Assembly (NCBI GenBank): GCA_963805065.1
Contig: CAWDSS010000010.1
Span: 984,359-1,048,358 of the forward strand
Length of the DNA: 64,000 nucleotides
Reading direction: 5' to 3'
Source: Candidatus Omnitrophota bacterium
GTDB lineage: Bacteria > Omnitrophota > Gorgyraeia > Gygaellales > Profunditerraquicolaceae
The notes under the pieces were generated by a model. The model did no database searches and had not been told where the DNA came from. It was given only the letters and a program-made list of their open reading frames with translations. Position 1 is the first letter of the stretch. Each line of letters opens with the position of its first letter. The position numbers and the translations under genes are program-made. This document shows positions 27,445 through 37,362 of this stretch, in pieces.

Positions 27445-30108
27445 ATGAAAGATAAGCTTTGGGAATTTAACAAAGATGCAGGAGAATTCCGCTCTTCCTT
27501 AGTCAATAGAATCAAGACATTGTATTTACCGCTATGTAACGATTCCATCATGTCTTCGATTTCACCGGACATGCACGGCGATATAAAGTCTAGCCTCGAT
27601 GCATTTTTGCTTACGCCTGTTTCCCGCGTTGACTTGGTTGACTCCCGGTCATCCAGAAATTTCTGGGTTTATACCAACAAAGGAAAAATTTGGTCAGCCT
27701 GCGGGGTATCCAAAGACTTAAGACAAATAGAATCCGATAAATTTAATCTCGAAGCCGGATTGTTATGGCAGAAGATTATGCGCTCAAACAGCAATATCGG
27801 CCTTAAGGCCGATATCCTTTCGTTTGTCCCTGCTTCCGCAGAGCCTGTAGAAATAATGCAGGTAACCTTCACCAATATTTCCGGCAGGAAAATCGAATTT
27901 ATCCCTTTCGCAGCAATCCCTATATATGGACGTAACGCAGGAAACCTTCGCGACCATCGTCACGTGACTTCTTTACTGCAAAGAATTTCCCGCCATAAAT
28001 ACGGGATACTAGTCAAGCCGACTTTATCTTTTGACGAATCGAGGCACAAACCCAACAATAATATTTATTTTGTTTTAGGCTGGAGTGAAAATTCCAGCGC
28101 CCCGCAATATATTTATCCTACCCAGGAGATGTTTTGCGGTGAGCCAGGGGATTTGGAAGCGCCAAACAGCGTAATAAACAATATCTTGCCGGAAAAGAAA
28201 GCGCATATCCAGGGCAAAGAAGCAATGGGGGCCTTGCGTTTCAGAAATACGGCCTTAAGACCGGGTAAGGCCTGTTCTTATATTATCGTGATGGGAATAA
28301 CTAAGAACAGTTTTAAGATTAACAAAATTATAAATAATTTTAACAGTCTGAAAAGAGTCAGGCTGTCATTCCAGAAGACCCGTAAATTTTGGAATGAAAC
28401 AAGTTCTAAGGTCAGTTTATCTACCGAAGATTACGATTTTGATAATTGGTTTCGCTGGGTTAGTATCCAGCCGGCTTTAAGAAAAATATTCGGCTGTTCG
28501 TTCCTGCCGGATTTTGATTACGGAAAAGGCGGCCGCGGCTGGCGGGATTTGTGGCAGGATTGCCTGGGGCTTATATTAAATGAACCGCACAAAGTCCGTA
28601 AGGCGCTGATTAATAATTTTTCCGGAGTGAGGATCGACGGCTCTAACGCAACCATTATAGGTAAGAATCCGGGTGAGTTCATTTCAGACAGAAATAATAT
28701 CAGCCGCGTATGGATGGATCACGGCGTCTGGCCTTTAATCACCCTGGATTTATACCTTAATGAAACAGGGGATCTCGATATTTTATTTGAACAAGCCTCA
28801 TATTTTAGGAATCATGAAATTTGTAGAGCCAGGGCAGTTGACCAGAAATGGGATAAATCCTACGGTAATAAACTTAAGGCGGCTTCGGGGAAGATTTATC
28901 AAGGCAGTATCTTTGAGCATCTATTGGTAGAAAACCTGGTGCAATTTTTTAATGTAGGGGCTCATAATTTTATCCGTCTGGAGGGCGCAGATTGGAATGA
29001 CGGACTTGATATGGCAAAGGAACACGGAGAAAGCATTGCTTTTAGCGCAATGTACGCGGGTAACCTTAAGCTTTTATCGGAATGGCTATTAAAAACTAAA
29101 ATCAAAGAAATTAAAATTGCTAAAGAGCTAAATCTGCTTTTAGGCAAAGTTGATTATAACAGCATCAAGCCCAAGAATAACGTCTTAGAAAATTATTTTG
29201 CTAAAACAAAAGAAACGGTTTGCGGGGATAAGTTGGTTGTTGATGCTGTTGAGCTTGCCGAAGATTTAGAATCAAAATCCGCATGGATCACGGAGCATAT
29301 TCGAAAAGCAGCCTGGTTAAAACAAGGTTTCTTTAATGGATATTATGATAATAAAAAAGTGCCGGTAGAGGGCAACAAAAAAGGCGTAATCAGAATGATG
29401 CTGCAGTCGCAGGTGTTTGCCATTATGGGTGGGGCTGCGTTAAATTGGCAGGTTGACGCCGTTATTAAGTCTGCTGATAAGTATCTTTGGGATAACAAGC
29501 TTAAGGGTTATCATTTGAATACGGATTTTAAAACAGAACAGCATAATTTAGGCCGGGCATTTTCTTTTGTTTACGGAGATAAGGAAAACGGGGCATTTTT
29601 TAACCACATGACAGTAATGTTTGCCTTTGCCTTGTATAAACAGGGTTACGCAAAGCATGCCTGGAAGGCATTAAGCTCTGTGTATAATATGGCTGTTGAT
29701 TCTGCGGTCAGCAAGATTTATCCCTGCCTTCCTGAATATTTTAATTTAGAAGGAAGAGGCATGTATTCCTACCTTACCGGCTCTGCCAGCTGGTTTGTGC
29801 TGACTGTTTTGACTCAGGCTTTTGGAGCAAGAGGCAAAGACGGTAACCTGGTTATTGAGCCGAAATTATACTCCCAACAATTTAAAAATAATACTATCAG
29901 TATAAACAGGAATTTTGCCGGCAAACCACTGTGCATAAAATTTTCTAACCCTAGGAAGCTCGATTACGGCCGGTATAGTATAAAAAGAGCCAGCCTGAAT
30001 TCGGGCATTATTACTTCGTTTGATTCTAATCAGGTAATTATTGACCGCAGAACCATTCTTAATCTGCCTTCCCAAAAAATCAATACAATCCATATCCTTT
30101 TAGGCTAG
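27445..30108 (+). CDS. GH94/GT36-like glycoside phosphorylase family protein (cellobiose/chitobiose-phosphorylase-like)
   Basis: 887 aa. The EGADWNDGLD motif and overall size and layout resemble the (alpha/alpha)6 GH94 catalytic domain. Assignment from motif memory only. Confidence 0.5.
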   Translation: MKDKLWEFNKDAGEFRSSLVNRIKTLYLPLCNDSIMSSISPDMHGDIKSSLDAFLLTPVSRVDLVDSRSSRNFWVYTNKGKIWSACGVSKDLRQIESDKFNLEAGLLWQKIMRSNSNIGLKADILSFVPASAEPVEIMQVTFTNISGRKIEFIPFAAIPIYGRNAGNLRDHRHVTSLLQRISRHKYGILVKPTLSFDESRHKPNNNIYFVLGWSENSSAPQYIYPTQEMFCGEPGDLEAPNSVINNILPEKKAHIQGKEAMGALRFRNTALRPGKACSYIIVMGITKNSFKINKIINNFNSLKRVRLSFQKTRKFWNETSSKVSLSTEDYDFDNWFRWVSIQPALRKIFGCSFLPDFDYGKGGRGWRDLWQDCLGLILNEPHKVRKALINNFSGVRIDGSNATIIGKNPGEFISDRNNISRVWMDHGVWPLITLDLYLNETGDLDILFEQASYFRNHEICRARAVDQKWDKSYGNKLKAASGKIYQGSIFEHLLVENLVQFFNVGAHNFIRLEGADWNDGLDMAKEHGESIAFSAMYAGNLKLLSEWLLKTKIKEIKIAKELNLLLGKVDYNSIKPKNNVLENYFAKTKETVCGDKLVVDAVELAEDLESKSAWITEHIRKAAWLKQGFFNGYYDNKKVPVEGNKKGVIRMMLQSQVFAIMGGAALNWQVDAVIKSADKYLWDNKLKGYHLNTDFKTEQHNLGRAFSFVYGDKENGAFFNHMTVMFAFALYKQGYAKHAWKALSSVYNMAVDSAVSKIYPCLPEYFNLEGRGMYSYLTGSASWFVLTVLTQAFGARGKDGNLVIEPKLYSQQFKNNTISINRNFAGKPLCIKFSNPRKLDYGRYSIKRASLNSGIITSFDSNQVIIDRRTILNLPSQKINTIHILLG

Positions 30109-30150
30109 GGACACCCTTAAATTTAAAGCTAAGGGTGTCCCCTAATTTTG
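30108..30150 (+). terminator. Terminator hairpin gggacaccctta-N10-taagggtgtccc plus T-rich tail; member of a dispersed hairpin family (second copy at 57590-57623)
   Basis: 12-bp perfect stem starting at the stop codon, followed by ctaattttgtttg. Confidence 0.7.
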
Positions 30151-30230
30151 TTTGCTAAAAGGCTTTATTTTTGCTATAATACTTTTCCTTGTTGAACAAA
30201 AGCCTGCCTGACGGCAGGCAGGGAGCTTCC

Positions 30231-31523
30231 ATGATTGAACGTTACAGCCTTCCAAAAATGTCCGGCATATGGCAGGAAGAATTCAAGTTTAACACTATGC
30301 TTGCCATAGAGATACTCGCCTTAGAAGCACTCGCTTTGCAAAAAAAAGTCCCGCAAGCAGCAGTCAGTAAAATTAAGAAAAAAGCAAAATTTAATTTAGC
30401 AGAAATCAAAAAGATCGAAGAGAAGACACAACATGATGTGGTGGCCTTTGTGAATAATGTGGCAGGAAATATTGGGCCCGAAGCCAAATACCTGCATATG
30501 GGCCTGACTTCTTCCGACGTCCTGGACACTACCCTTGGTGTCCAGCTTAAGGAAGCATCCGGTATACTAATTGATGATCTCAATAAACTGCTGGTTGTCC
30601 TTGCAAAGAAAGCCAAGAAATACAAAGACATGGTTTGTATGGGCAGGACCCATGGCATACATGCAGAACCTACTACATTCGGCCTAAAATTAGCGCTTTG
30701 GTATGATGAAACCGGGCGGAATCTAGAGCGATTGATACGCGTTAGAGAAGAAATAGCAACGGGAAAGATTTCCGGAGCAGTCGGCACATTCTCCAATATT
30801 GATCCGGCAGTTGAAACATACGTTTGCAGGAAACTTGGGCTTAGGCCGGCAAAAATTTCTACACAGGTAATACAAAGAGATATATATGCACAATTCTTGG
30901 TTACTTTGGCAGTTATCGGTTCTTCCCTGGAGAAATTTGCTACTGAAATAAGGCATCTTCAGAGGACAGAAGTTTTAGAAGTAGAGGAACCCTTTGGCAA
31001 AGGCCAGAAGGGTTCCTCTGCCATGCCGCATAAGCGAAATCCTGTAATCTGCGAAAGGATATGCGGTTTAAGCAGAATCCTGCGCGGTAATGCCCTGGCT
31101 GCTATGGAGAACGTTGCCTTATGGCACGAGCGCGATATCAGTCATTCATCGGTTGAGCGTGTGATTATGCCGGATTCTACAATTGCCCTGGACTATATGT
31201 TGAATAAATTCATGGAAGTAATTGGCGGCTTGAATGTATATCCTGATAACATGCTGATGAATTTGGCGCGCACGCACGGCCTGATATTTTCGCAAAGGGC
31301 GCTTTTAGAATTGATGAACAGGGGTTTAGCCCGTCCCAAAGCCTATGATTTAGTGCAAAGATGTGCCATGAGGACATGGAAGCAGGGCAGTGATTTTAAG
31401 CAGAATCTCCTTGAGGACAAACTCGTTTTAAAGTACCTGAATAAAAAAGATTTGGATAAAATTTTTGACTTAGATTATTACCTACGTAACGTAAGTAAGA
31501 TTTACCGAAAAGTAGGTTTATAG
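30231..31523 (+). CDS. purB: Adenylosuccinate lyase
   Basis: MIERYSLPKM..., SSAMPHKRNP signature. Start moved to the ATG at 30231 because the ORF-track 5' extension runs through a palindromic repeat. Confidence 0.9.
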   Translation: MIERYSLPKMSGIWQEEFKFNTMLAIEILALEALALQKKVPQAAVSKIKKKAKFNLAEIKKIEEKTQHDVVAFVNNVAGNIGPEAKYLHMGLTSSDVLDTTLGVQLKEASGILIDDLNKLLVVLAKKAKKYKDMVCMGRTHGIHAEPTTFGLKLALWYDETGRNLERLIRVREEIATGKISGAVGTFSNIDPAVETYVCRKLGLRPAKISTQVIQRDIYAQFLVTLAVIGSSLEKFATEIRHLQRTEVLEVEEPFGKGQKGSSAMPHKRNPVICERICGLSRILRGNALAAMENVALWHERDISHSSVERVIMPDSTIALDYMLNKFMEVIGGLNVYPDNMLMNLARTHGLIFSQRALLELMNRGLARPKAYDLVQRCAMRTWKQGSDFKQNLLEDKLVLKYLNKKDLDKIFDLDYYLRNVSKIYRKVGL

Positions 31524-31555
31524 TCCCACCGTAAAAACTTCTAATATTTTTTGTC

Positions 31556-34503
31556 ATGGTTTATAAAATTGAGGTCAAAGAAAAAGCCGGTATTTTTGAT
31601 GCTGTGGGAGAAGGCATCAAAAAGGACATACTGGACTTGGGGATAAATTCTGTCCGCGATGTCCGTTTCATTCAGATTTTTACCATTGAAGGAAACGTCT
31701 CGCAAGACCAGATAGAAAAAATCTGCCAGGAATTGCTTGCCGATAGAATTTCCCAGGAATATCAAATTGACGAGTCAGTGAGTCAGCGAGTCAACAAGTC
31801 AACGGAATTTCTCGTTGAAGTTGCCTATAACCCGGCAGTCACGGATCCTGTTGAAGAATCAACCTTAAAGGGTATTCGCGACTTAGGGATAGAAAGCGTA
31901 ACATCAGTCAAGACAGCCAGGAAATATCTTATCAAGGGTAAACTCACCGATACCCAGCTTAAAACAATTTCAGAAAAGCTGCTTTACAATAAGTTAATAC
32001 AACATGTTGTAAACCCGTTAGCTTTCAGCTTTCAGCTCTCAGCTCTCAGCGAACCAGATTATCAACTCAAATTAATTACAGTAAGCCTGATTAATGCATC
32101 GGATAGAGAATTGCAGAAAATCAGTAAGAATGGTCAGTTATTTTTGGATCTTACTGAAATGCGCCAGATACAGAAATACTTCCAGAGATTAAAACGTAAT
32201 CCCACGGACTGTGAATTGGAAACTATTGCCCAGACCTGGTCAGAGCATTGCTGGCATAAGACGTTTCGGGGAAAAATAAGATACTCTGAGAGGTTATCGG
32301 TTCTAGGTTCTAGGTTCTCGCAAAAACCCAGAACCCAGAATCCAAAACCCAAGTTAATTAATAATCTTCTCAAATCCACTATAATGAAAGTTACCAAAGA
32401 GCTGAATAAGCCCTGGTGCGTTTCGGTATTTAAGGATAATTCCGGCGTGATACGTTTTGACGATAAACATAATGTTTGTTTTAAAGTGGAAACCCATAAT
32501 CATCCTTCTGCATTGGAGCCATTTGGCGGAGCAAATACGGGAATTGGCGGCGTGATCAGGGATCCCCTGGGCACAGGTTTAGGGGCAAAGCCGATACTTA
32601 ATACCGATGTATTTTGTTTTGCGCCACCCGATTATCCGTTTAGTAAATTGCCTTCAGGCACACTGCATCCCAAACGCATCATGAAAGGCGTAGTTTCCGG
32701 CGTGCGTGATTACGGAAATAAAATGGGAATCCCTACTGTCAACGGCGCAATTCTTTTCCACGAAAGATTTATCGGAAATCCGCTGGTTTATTGCGGCACC
32801 GTCGGGATTATGCCCAAAGATAAATCTTTTAAACAGTCAAAGACAGGAGACCTTATTGTCGTAGTAGGCGGCAGGACCGGCAGAGATGGTATTCACGGCG
32901 CAACATTTTCATCGGGAGAATTAACCCATGAATCCGAAACAATCTCCAGCGGCGCAGTGCAGATAGGCAACCCCATTCAGGAAAAAAAGATGGTTGATAC
33001 CATATTACAGGCGCGCGATTTGAATTTATACAATGCTATCACGGATTGCGGAGCAGGCGGATTATCCAGCGCAGTGGGAGAAATGGGCGCTGATTTAGGC
33101 GCGCAAGTTTATTTAGAAAAAGTTCCCTTAAAATATTCGGGTTTATCATATACGGAAATCTGGATTTCCGAATCCCAGGAAAGAATGGTGCTTTCTGTGC
33201 CGAAAGACAAAATCAATTCCCTGATAGAAGTTTTTGAAAAAGAGAATGTTGAGGCTACGGTAATCGGCGAATTTACGGACACTAAAACGCTCAAGCTTTA
33301 TTATAAAGATAATCTGGTTTGCGACCTGGATATGCAATTTTTACACGAAGGCCTGCCCAAAGATAGAGAAAAAAGCGGAATTTATTCAATCCAGGCATAT
33401 AGAGCCAAAATTTGACTGCCCAAAAGACCTGACAAATTATGTTTTGAAATTGCTTTCCAGATACGACATCTGCTCTAAGGAATGGGTAATCAGGCAATAT
33501 GACCATGAGGTGCAGGGAGGCTCGGTATTAAAGCCGTTAGTCGGTATTGTAAATGACGGGCCATCTGATGCCAGCGTGGTCAGGCCTGTTTTAGGGTCCA
33601 GAGCGCGGGATAATCATATCTTGCGGCATAAATTTCAGATTCGGGTTTATTGATCCTTATTGGATGGCGGCATCCTGTATTGATGAAGCATTGCGGCAGA
33701 TAATCGCAGTTGGCGGTTCATTGGAAGAGGTAGCGATTCTGGATAATTTCTGCTGGGGAAATCCCGATAAGCCCGACAGGTTAGGCGGTTTAGTAAGGGC
33801 AGCCTATGGTTGTTATGATATTGCTAAGGCATTTGGCGTGCCGTTTATTTCCGGCAAGGATAGCCTTTATAATGAATATACAGTTAATCATAAGTCTATA
33901 TCAATTCCCGGCACACTCTTAATTTCAGCTATTGCAGTTATGCCAGATGTATTTAAAGCAGTTTCTATGTACGCAAAAAACGCCGGAGACCTCTTATATA
34001 TAGTGGGTAAGACTTATAATGAATTGGGAGGCTCGCATTATTACGATTTACAGGGCAGTTTAGGTAATAATGTGCCTCGCGTTAAACCACAATACGCAAA
34101 AAATACCTTTGCTGCATTAAGCCAGGCTTCATCTTGTGGCCTTATCAAAGCCATGCATGATTGTTCAGAAGGTGGGATTGCAGTTAGCCTGGCAGAGATG
34201 GCATTTGCCGGTGGGTTGGGTGCGGAAATATTTTTATCAGAAGTGCCATATCAGGAGCTCTCAGCTAAAAGGAATGATTCTGTATTATTCTCGGAGTCAA
34301 ATTCCAGGTTTATTGTGGAAGTAGAAAAGAAAAATCAAAAACAGTTTGAAAAAATACTCAACTTAAAAAAAGTATCTTTTGGTTTAATGGGCTGCCTTAC
34401 TAAAGGCAATGAATTTAAAGCCTATGGACTAGACGGAAAAATCTGTATTAATAGCCGCATAGCCGCATTGAAAGAGGCGTGGCTAAAACCATTGAGGTGG
34501 TAG
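31556..34503 (+). pseudogene. purL: PurS-PurS-PurL fusion (FGAM synthase II) interrupted by two apparent +1 frameshifts (near 33369-33375 and 33599-33607). Either a pseudogene or assembly indels.
   Basis: Three consecutive ORF fragments (31556-33415, 33444-33653, 33664-34503) in frames 2, 0 and 1 read as one continuous PurL (WSEHCWHK, ETHNHPSALEPFGGANTGIGGVIRD, SKEWVIRQYDHEVQG, DPYWMAASCIDEALRQI). Confidence 0.8.
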
Positions 34504-34504
34504 A

Positions 34505-35158
34505 ATGAGAGATCTAAAGCCTAAGGAAGATTTTACGCAGGAAGATACCTGGCGTATATTTCGCATCATGTCGGAATTTGTGGAAGGGTTTGAAGTGCTT
34601 TCCCGGGTCGGTAAAGCAGTTTCCATATTCGGTTCTAGCCGTACCAAGCCGGGAACAAAATATTATAAATTAGCCGAAGAGATTGCCTATCTTTTAGCCA
34701 AGGAGGGCTATGTTATTATTACCGGAAGCGGACCGGGCCTTATGGAAGCGGCTAACAAGGGAGCTAAATTTGCCAATGGCAAGTCCGTAGGTTTAAATAT
34801 ACAACTTCCTTTGCAGCAAGAGCCCAATAAATACGTGGATTTGCTTTTGGATTTTCGCTATTTCTTTGTGAGAAAAGTCATGTTCGTAAAATACGCCAAG
34901 GCATTTGTGATTCTCCCCGGAGGTTACGGTACGCTGGATGAGTTTACTGAGGCCATAAACCTTATTCAGACACAAAGAATCCCGGAATTCCCGGTAGTTT
35001 TGTTTAACAGCGAATATTGGAAAGGCATGCTGGATTGGCTAAAAGACAAGGTTTTAAAAAACGGTTGCATCAGTAAACAGGACTTAAATATATTTAGCGT
35101 AGTGGATACGCCTAGAGAAGTGGTAAAAGTAATAAAGAAATTTTATGAAAAAGCCTAA
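34505..35158 (+). CDS. LOG-family (TIGR00730) nucleotide 5'-monophosphate nucleosidase-like protein
   Basis: GSGPGLMEAAN and PGGYGTLDE motifs. Confidence 0.8.
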   Translation: MRDLKPKEDFTQEDTWRIFRIMSEFVEGFEVLSRVGKAVSIFGSSRTKPGTKYYKLAEEIAYLLAKEGYVIITGSGPGLMEAANKGAKFANGKSVGLNIQLPLQQEPNKYVDLLLDFRYFFVRKVMFVKYAKAFVILPGGYGTLDEFTEAINLIQTQRIPEFPVVLFNSEYWKGMLDWLKDKVLKNGCISKQDLNIFSVVDTPREVVKVIKKFYEKA

Positions 35159-35939
35159 AGTATGCGTATTAAGGACAGCAGGCACTAATTGCGATAAGGA
35201 GACCGTATTTGCCTTTCAAAAGTCAGGCGCTGATACAGAGCTTGTGCATATTAACAGCCTGATTAATGCCGAAAAAAATCTTTCCAGTTATCAGATTTTA
35301 GCTATTCCCGGCGGATTTTCTTACGGAGATGATATAGCCGCAGGAAAAATTTTTGCCAATGAATTAAAGAATAAGCTTGCAGATGACCTCAAGAAATTTA
35401 TTGCAGAGGGAAAGCTTATTATCGGCATTTGCAACGGCTTCCAAATTCTGGTTAAAAGCGGATTATTGCCGGGGAATCCTCAATTAAAACAGGATACAAG
35501 CCTTATTATAAACGATTCAGGCAAATTCGAGGACCGCTGGGTGTATTTAAGGCAAAAGGAAAAAGGCAAAAGGCAAAACTGTGTATGGACAAGAAATATT
35601 CCGGAAATAATTTATCTTCCGGTGGCGCACGGAGAAGGAAAATTTATTACACAGGATAAAGCGCTGCTGGGAAAATTAAAGAGAAATCATCAGATTGTTT
35701 TTCAGTATTGTGACGAAAAAGGAAAACTAGCAGGTTACCCATATAATCCTAATGGCTCAACAGATAACATCGCAGGCATCTGTGATGAAACCGGAAGGAT
35801 CCTGGGGCTTATGCCGCATCCGGAGAGGCATATTGATATTCGTCAGCATCCCCGGTGGGCGTCATCAAAAAATAAAAAACAAGGAGACGGATTCGCGATT
35901 TTTAAAAACGGGGTGGAATATGCAAAAAATATTTTGTGA
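35145..35939 (+). CDS. purQ: FGAM synthase I, glutaminase subunit
   Basis: Class I amidotransferase motifs: GICNGFQ (nucleophile Cys) and MPHPER. Confidence 0.9.
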   Translation: MKKPKVCVLRTAGTNCDKETVFAFQKSGADTELVHINSLINAEKNLSSYQILAIPGGFSYGDDIAAGKIFANELKNKLADDLKKFIAEGKLIIGICNGFQILVKSGLLPGNPQLKQDTSLIINDSGKFEDRWVYLRQKEKGKRQNCVWTRNIPEIIYLPVAHGEGKFITQDKALLGKLKRNHQIVFQYCDEKGKLAGYPYNPNGSTDNIAGICDETGRILGLMPHPERHIDIRQHPRWASSKNKKQGDGFAIFKNGVEYAKNIL

Positions 35940-37362
35940 CGATAAACCCAAAGAATATTGCGGTTTATTCGGAATTATAAATAACAGGCACGCCAGTTGG
36001 TTAACGTATCTGGGCTTGTATGCGCTGCAGCACCGTGGCCAGGAAGCCTGTGGGATAGTAGCCAATAAAAACGGCATTTTGAATATACATAAAGGCATGG
36101 GGTTAGTGAGCGATGTGTTTGACGAGCAGGTCTTGGGCAAATTAAAAGGTGATATCGCCGTCGGCCATGTGCGTTATTCTACTACCGGTTCAAGCGTTTT
36201 AAAAAACTCCCAGCCCCTTCTGATTGATTATGCTAAAGGCTCAATATGCATTGCGCATAACGGCAATCTGGTTAATTCATTGGAGCTTAGGCAATCCCTG
36301 GAAAAAAGCGGCTCAATATTCCAGACCACTACTGATTCCGAAATTATCATACACTTAATGGCACACGCAAAATCGCAAAACTTAAAACAAAGCCTGATTT
36401 ATGCGCTTAAGAGGGTTAAAGGGGCTTATTCTTTGATTATGATGGATAACCGCACGCTTATCGGCACAAGAGACCCCTTCGGGTTTAGGCCTCTTTCTTT
36501 GGGAAAAGTAGGCAATTCTTTTTGCCTGGCATCAGAAACTTGCGCCTTTGATTTAATCGGAGCAAAATTCATCCGTGATATTGAGCCGGGAGAAATAGTT
36601 TTCATAACTAAATATGGCATAAAATCAATTAAGCCAAAAGTTTTAAAGGTTAACGCAAGGTTGGCATTCTGTACCTTTGAGCACGTTTATTTTGCGCGGC
36701 CTGATTCTGTGGTGTTTGGAGAAACTGTGCATACTGTAAGGCGCAGGCTGGGAGAACAATTAGCAAAGGAATATCCTATAAATGCAGATTTTGTGGTGCC
36801 TGTGCCTGATTCGGGATTTTCCGCAGCATTGGGTTATTCCCAGGAGTCCGGCATTCCTTTAGAAATGGGCATTATTCGTAACCATTACGTAGGAAGGACC
36901 TTTATTCAGCCGGCCCAGGATGCGCGCGACCTGGGCGTGAGAGTTAAATTTAATTTGCTGAAGGATGTTTTAAAAGGCAAGCGCATAGTTATTGTGGATG
37001 ATTCCATAGTCCGCGGGACAACTTCAAAAATACGCGTGCGCAATTTACGCAAAGCCGGTGTAAAAGAAGTGCATTTACGGATTTCTTGCCCCGCGCACAG
37101 GTTTCCCTGTTTTTACGGGATTGATTTCCATAAAGCATCGGAATTAATCGCCAATAGATATGAATCGCTGGATAAAATAAGAGAATACCTGGAAGTCGAT
37201 AGTTTAGGTTATTTAAGTTTAGAAGGGATGCTTTCCTGCTTGAAACATTCAGAAGATCATTATTGTACTGCTTGCTGGACAGGCAAATACCCGGTTATGG
37301 CAGAAAAAGAACACGGAAAGTTTTCCCTTGAAATGCGTTGCTGTGGACAGGGAGACATATAA
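35920..37362 (+). CDS. purF: Amidophosphoribosyltransferase
   Basis: Short propeptide then CGLFGI Ntn cysteine, PRTase motif VIVDDSIVRGTT, C-terminal Fe-S cysteines. Start set at the ATG at 35920 because the upstream ORF-track extension overlaps purQ. Confidence 0.9.
   Translation: MQKIFCDDKPKEYCGLFGIINNRHASWLTYLGLYALQHRGQEACGIVANKNGILNIHKGMGLVSDVFDEQVLGKLKGDIAVGHVRYSTTGSSVLKNSQPLLIDYAKGSICIAHNGNLVNSLELRQSLEKSGSIFQTTTDSEIIIHLMAHAKSQNLKQSLIYALKRVKGAYSLIMMDNRTLIGTRDPFGFRPLSLGKVGNSFCLASETCAFDLIGAKFIRDIEPGEIVFITKYGIKSIKPKVLKVNARLAFCTFEHVYFARPDSVVFGETVHTVRRRLGEQLAKEYPINADFVVPVPDSGFSAALGYSQESGIPLEMGIIRNHYVGRTFIQPAQDARDLGVRVKFNLLKDVLKGKRIVIVDDSIVRGTTSKIRVRNLRKAGVKEVHLRISCPAHRFPCFYGIDFHKASELIANRYESLDKIREYLEVDSLGYLSLEGMLSCLKHSEDHYCTACWTGKYPVMAEKEHGKFSLEMRCCGQGDI

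Noticed and set aside
30189-30230. ORF-track 5' extensions of purB (30189), purF (35752), purM (37338), SPFH (38533), purD (39965), purE (41363), nrdR (45242), aroK (57613), spoVG (57309) and the RT (17332)
   Set aside because: The conserved N-termini begin at internal ATGs with better RBS spacing. The extensions overlap upstream genes or run through hairpins or repeat elements.
33444-33653. 69-aa ORF that could be annotated as a separate small gene
   Set aside because: Its translation (SKEWVIRQYDHEVQG...) is the middle of PurL. It is a frameshift fragment, not an independent gene.
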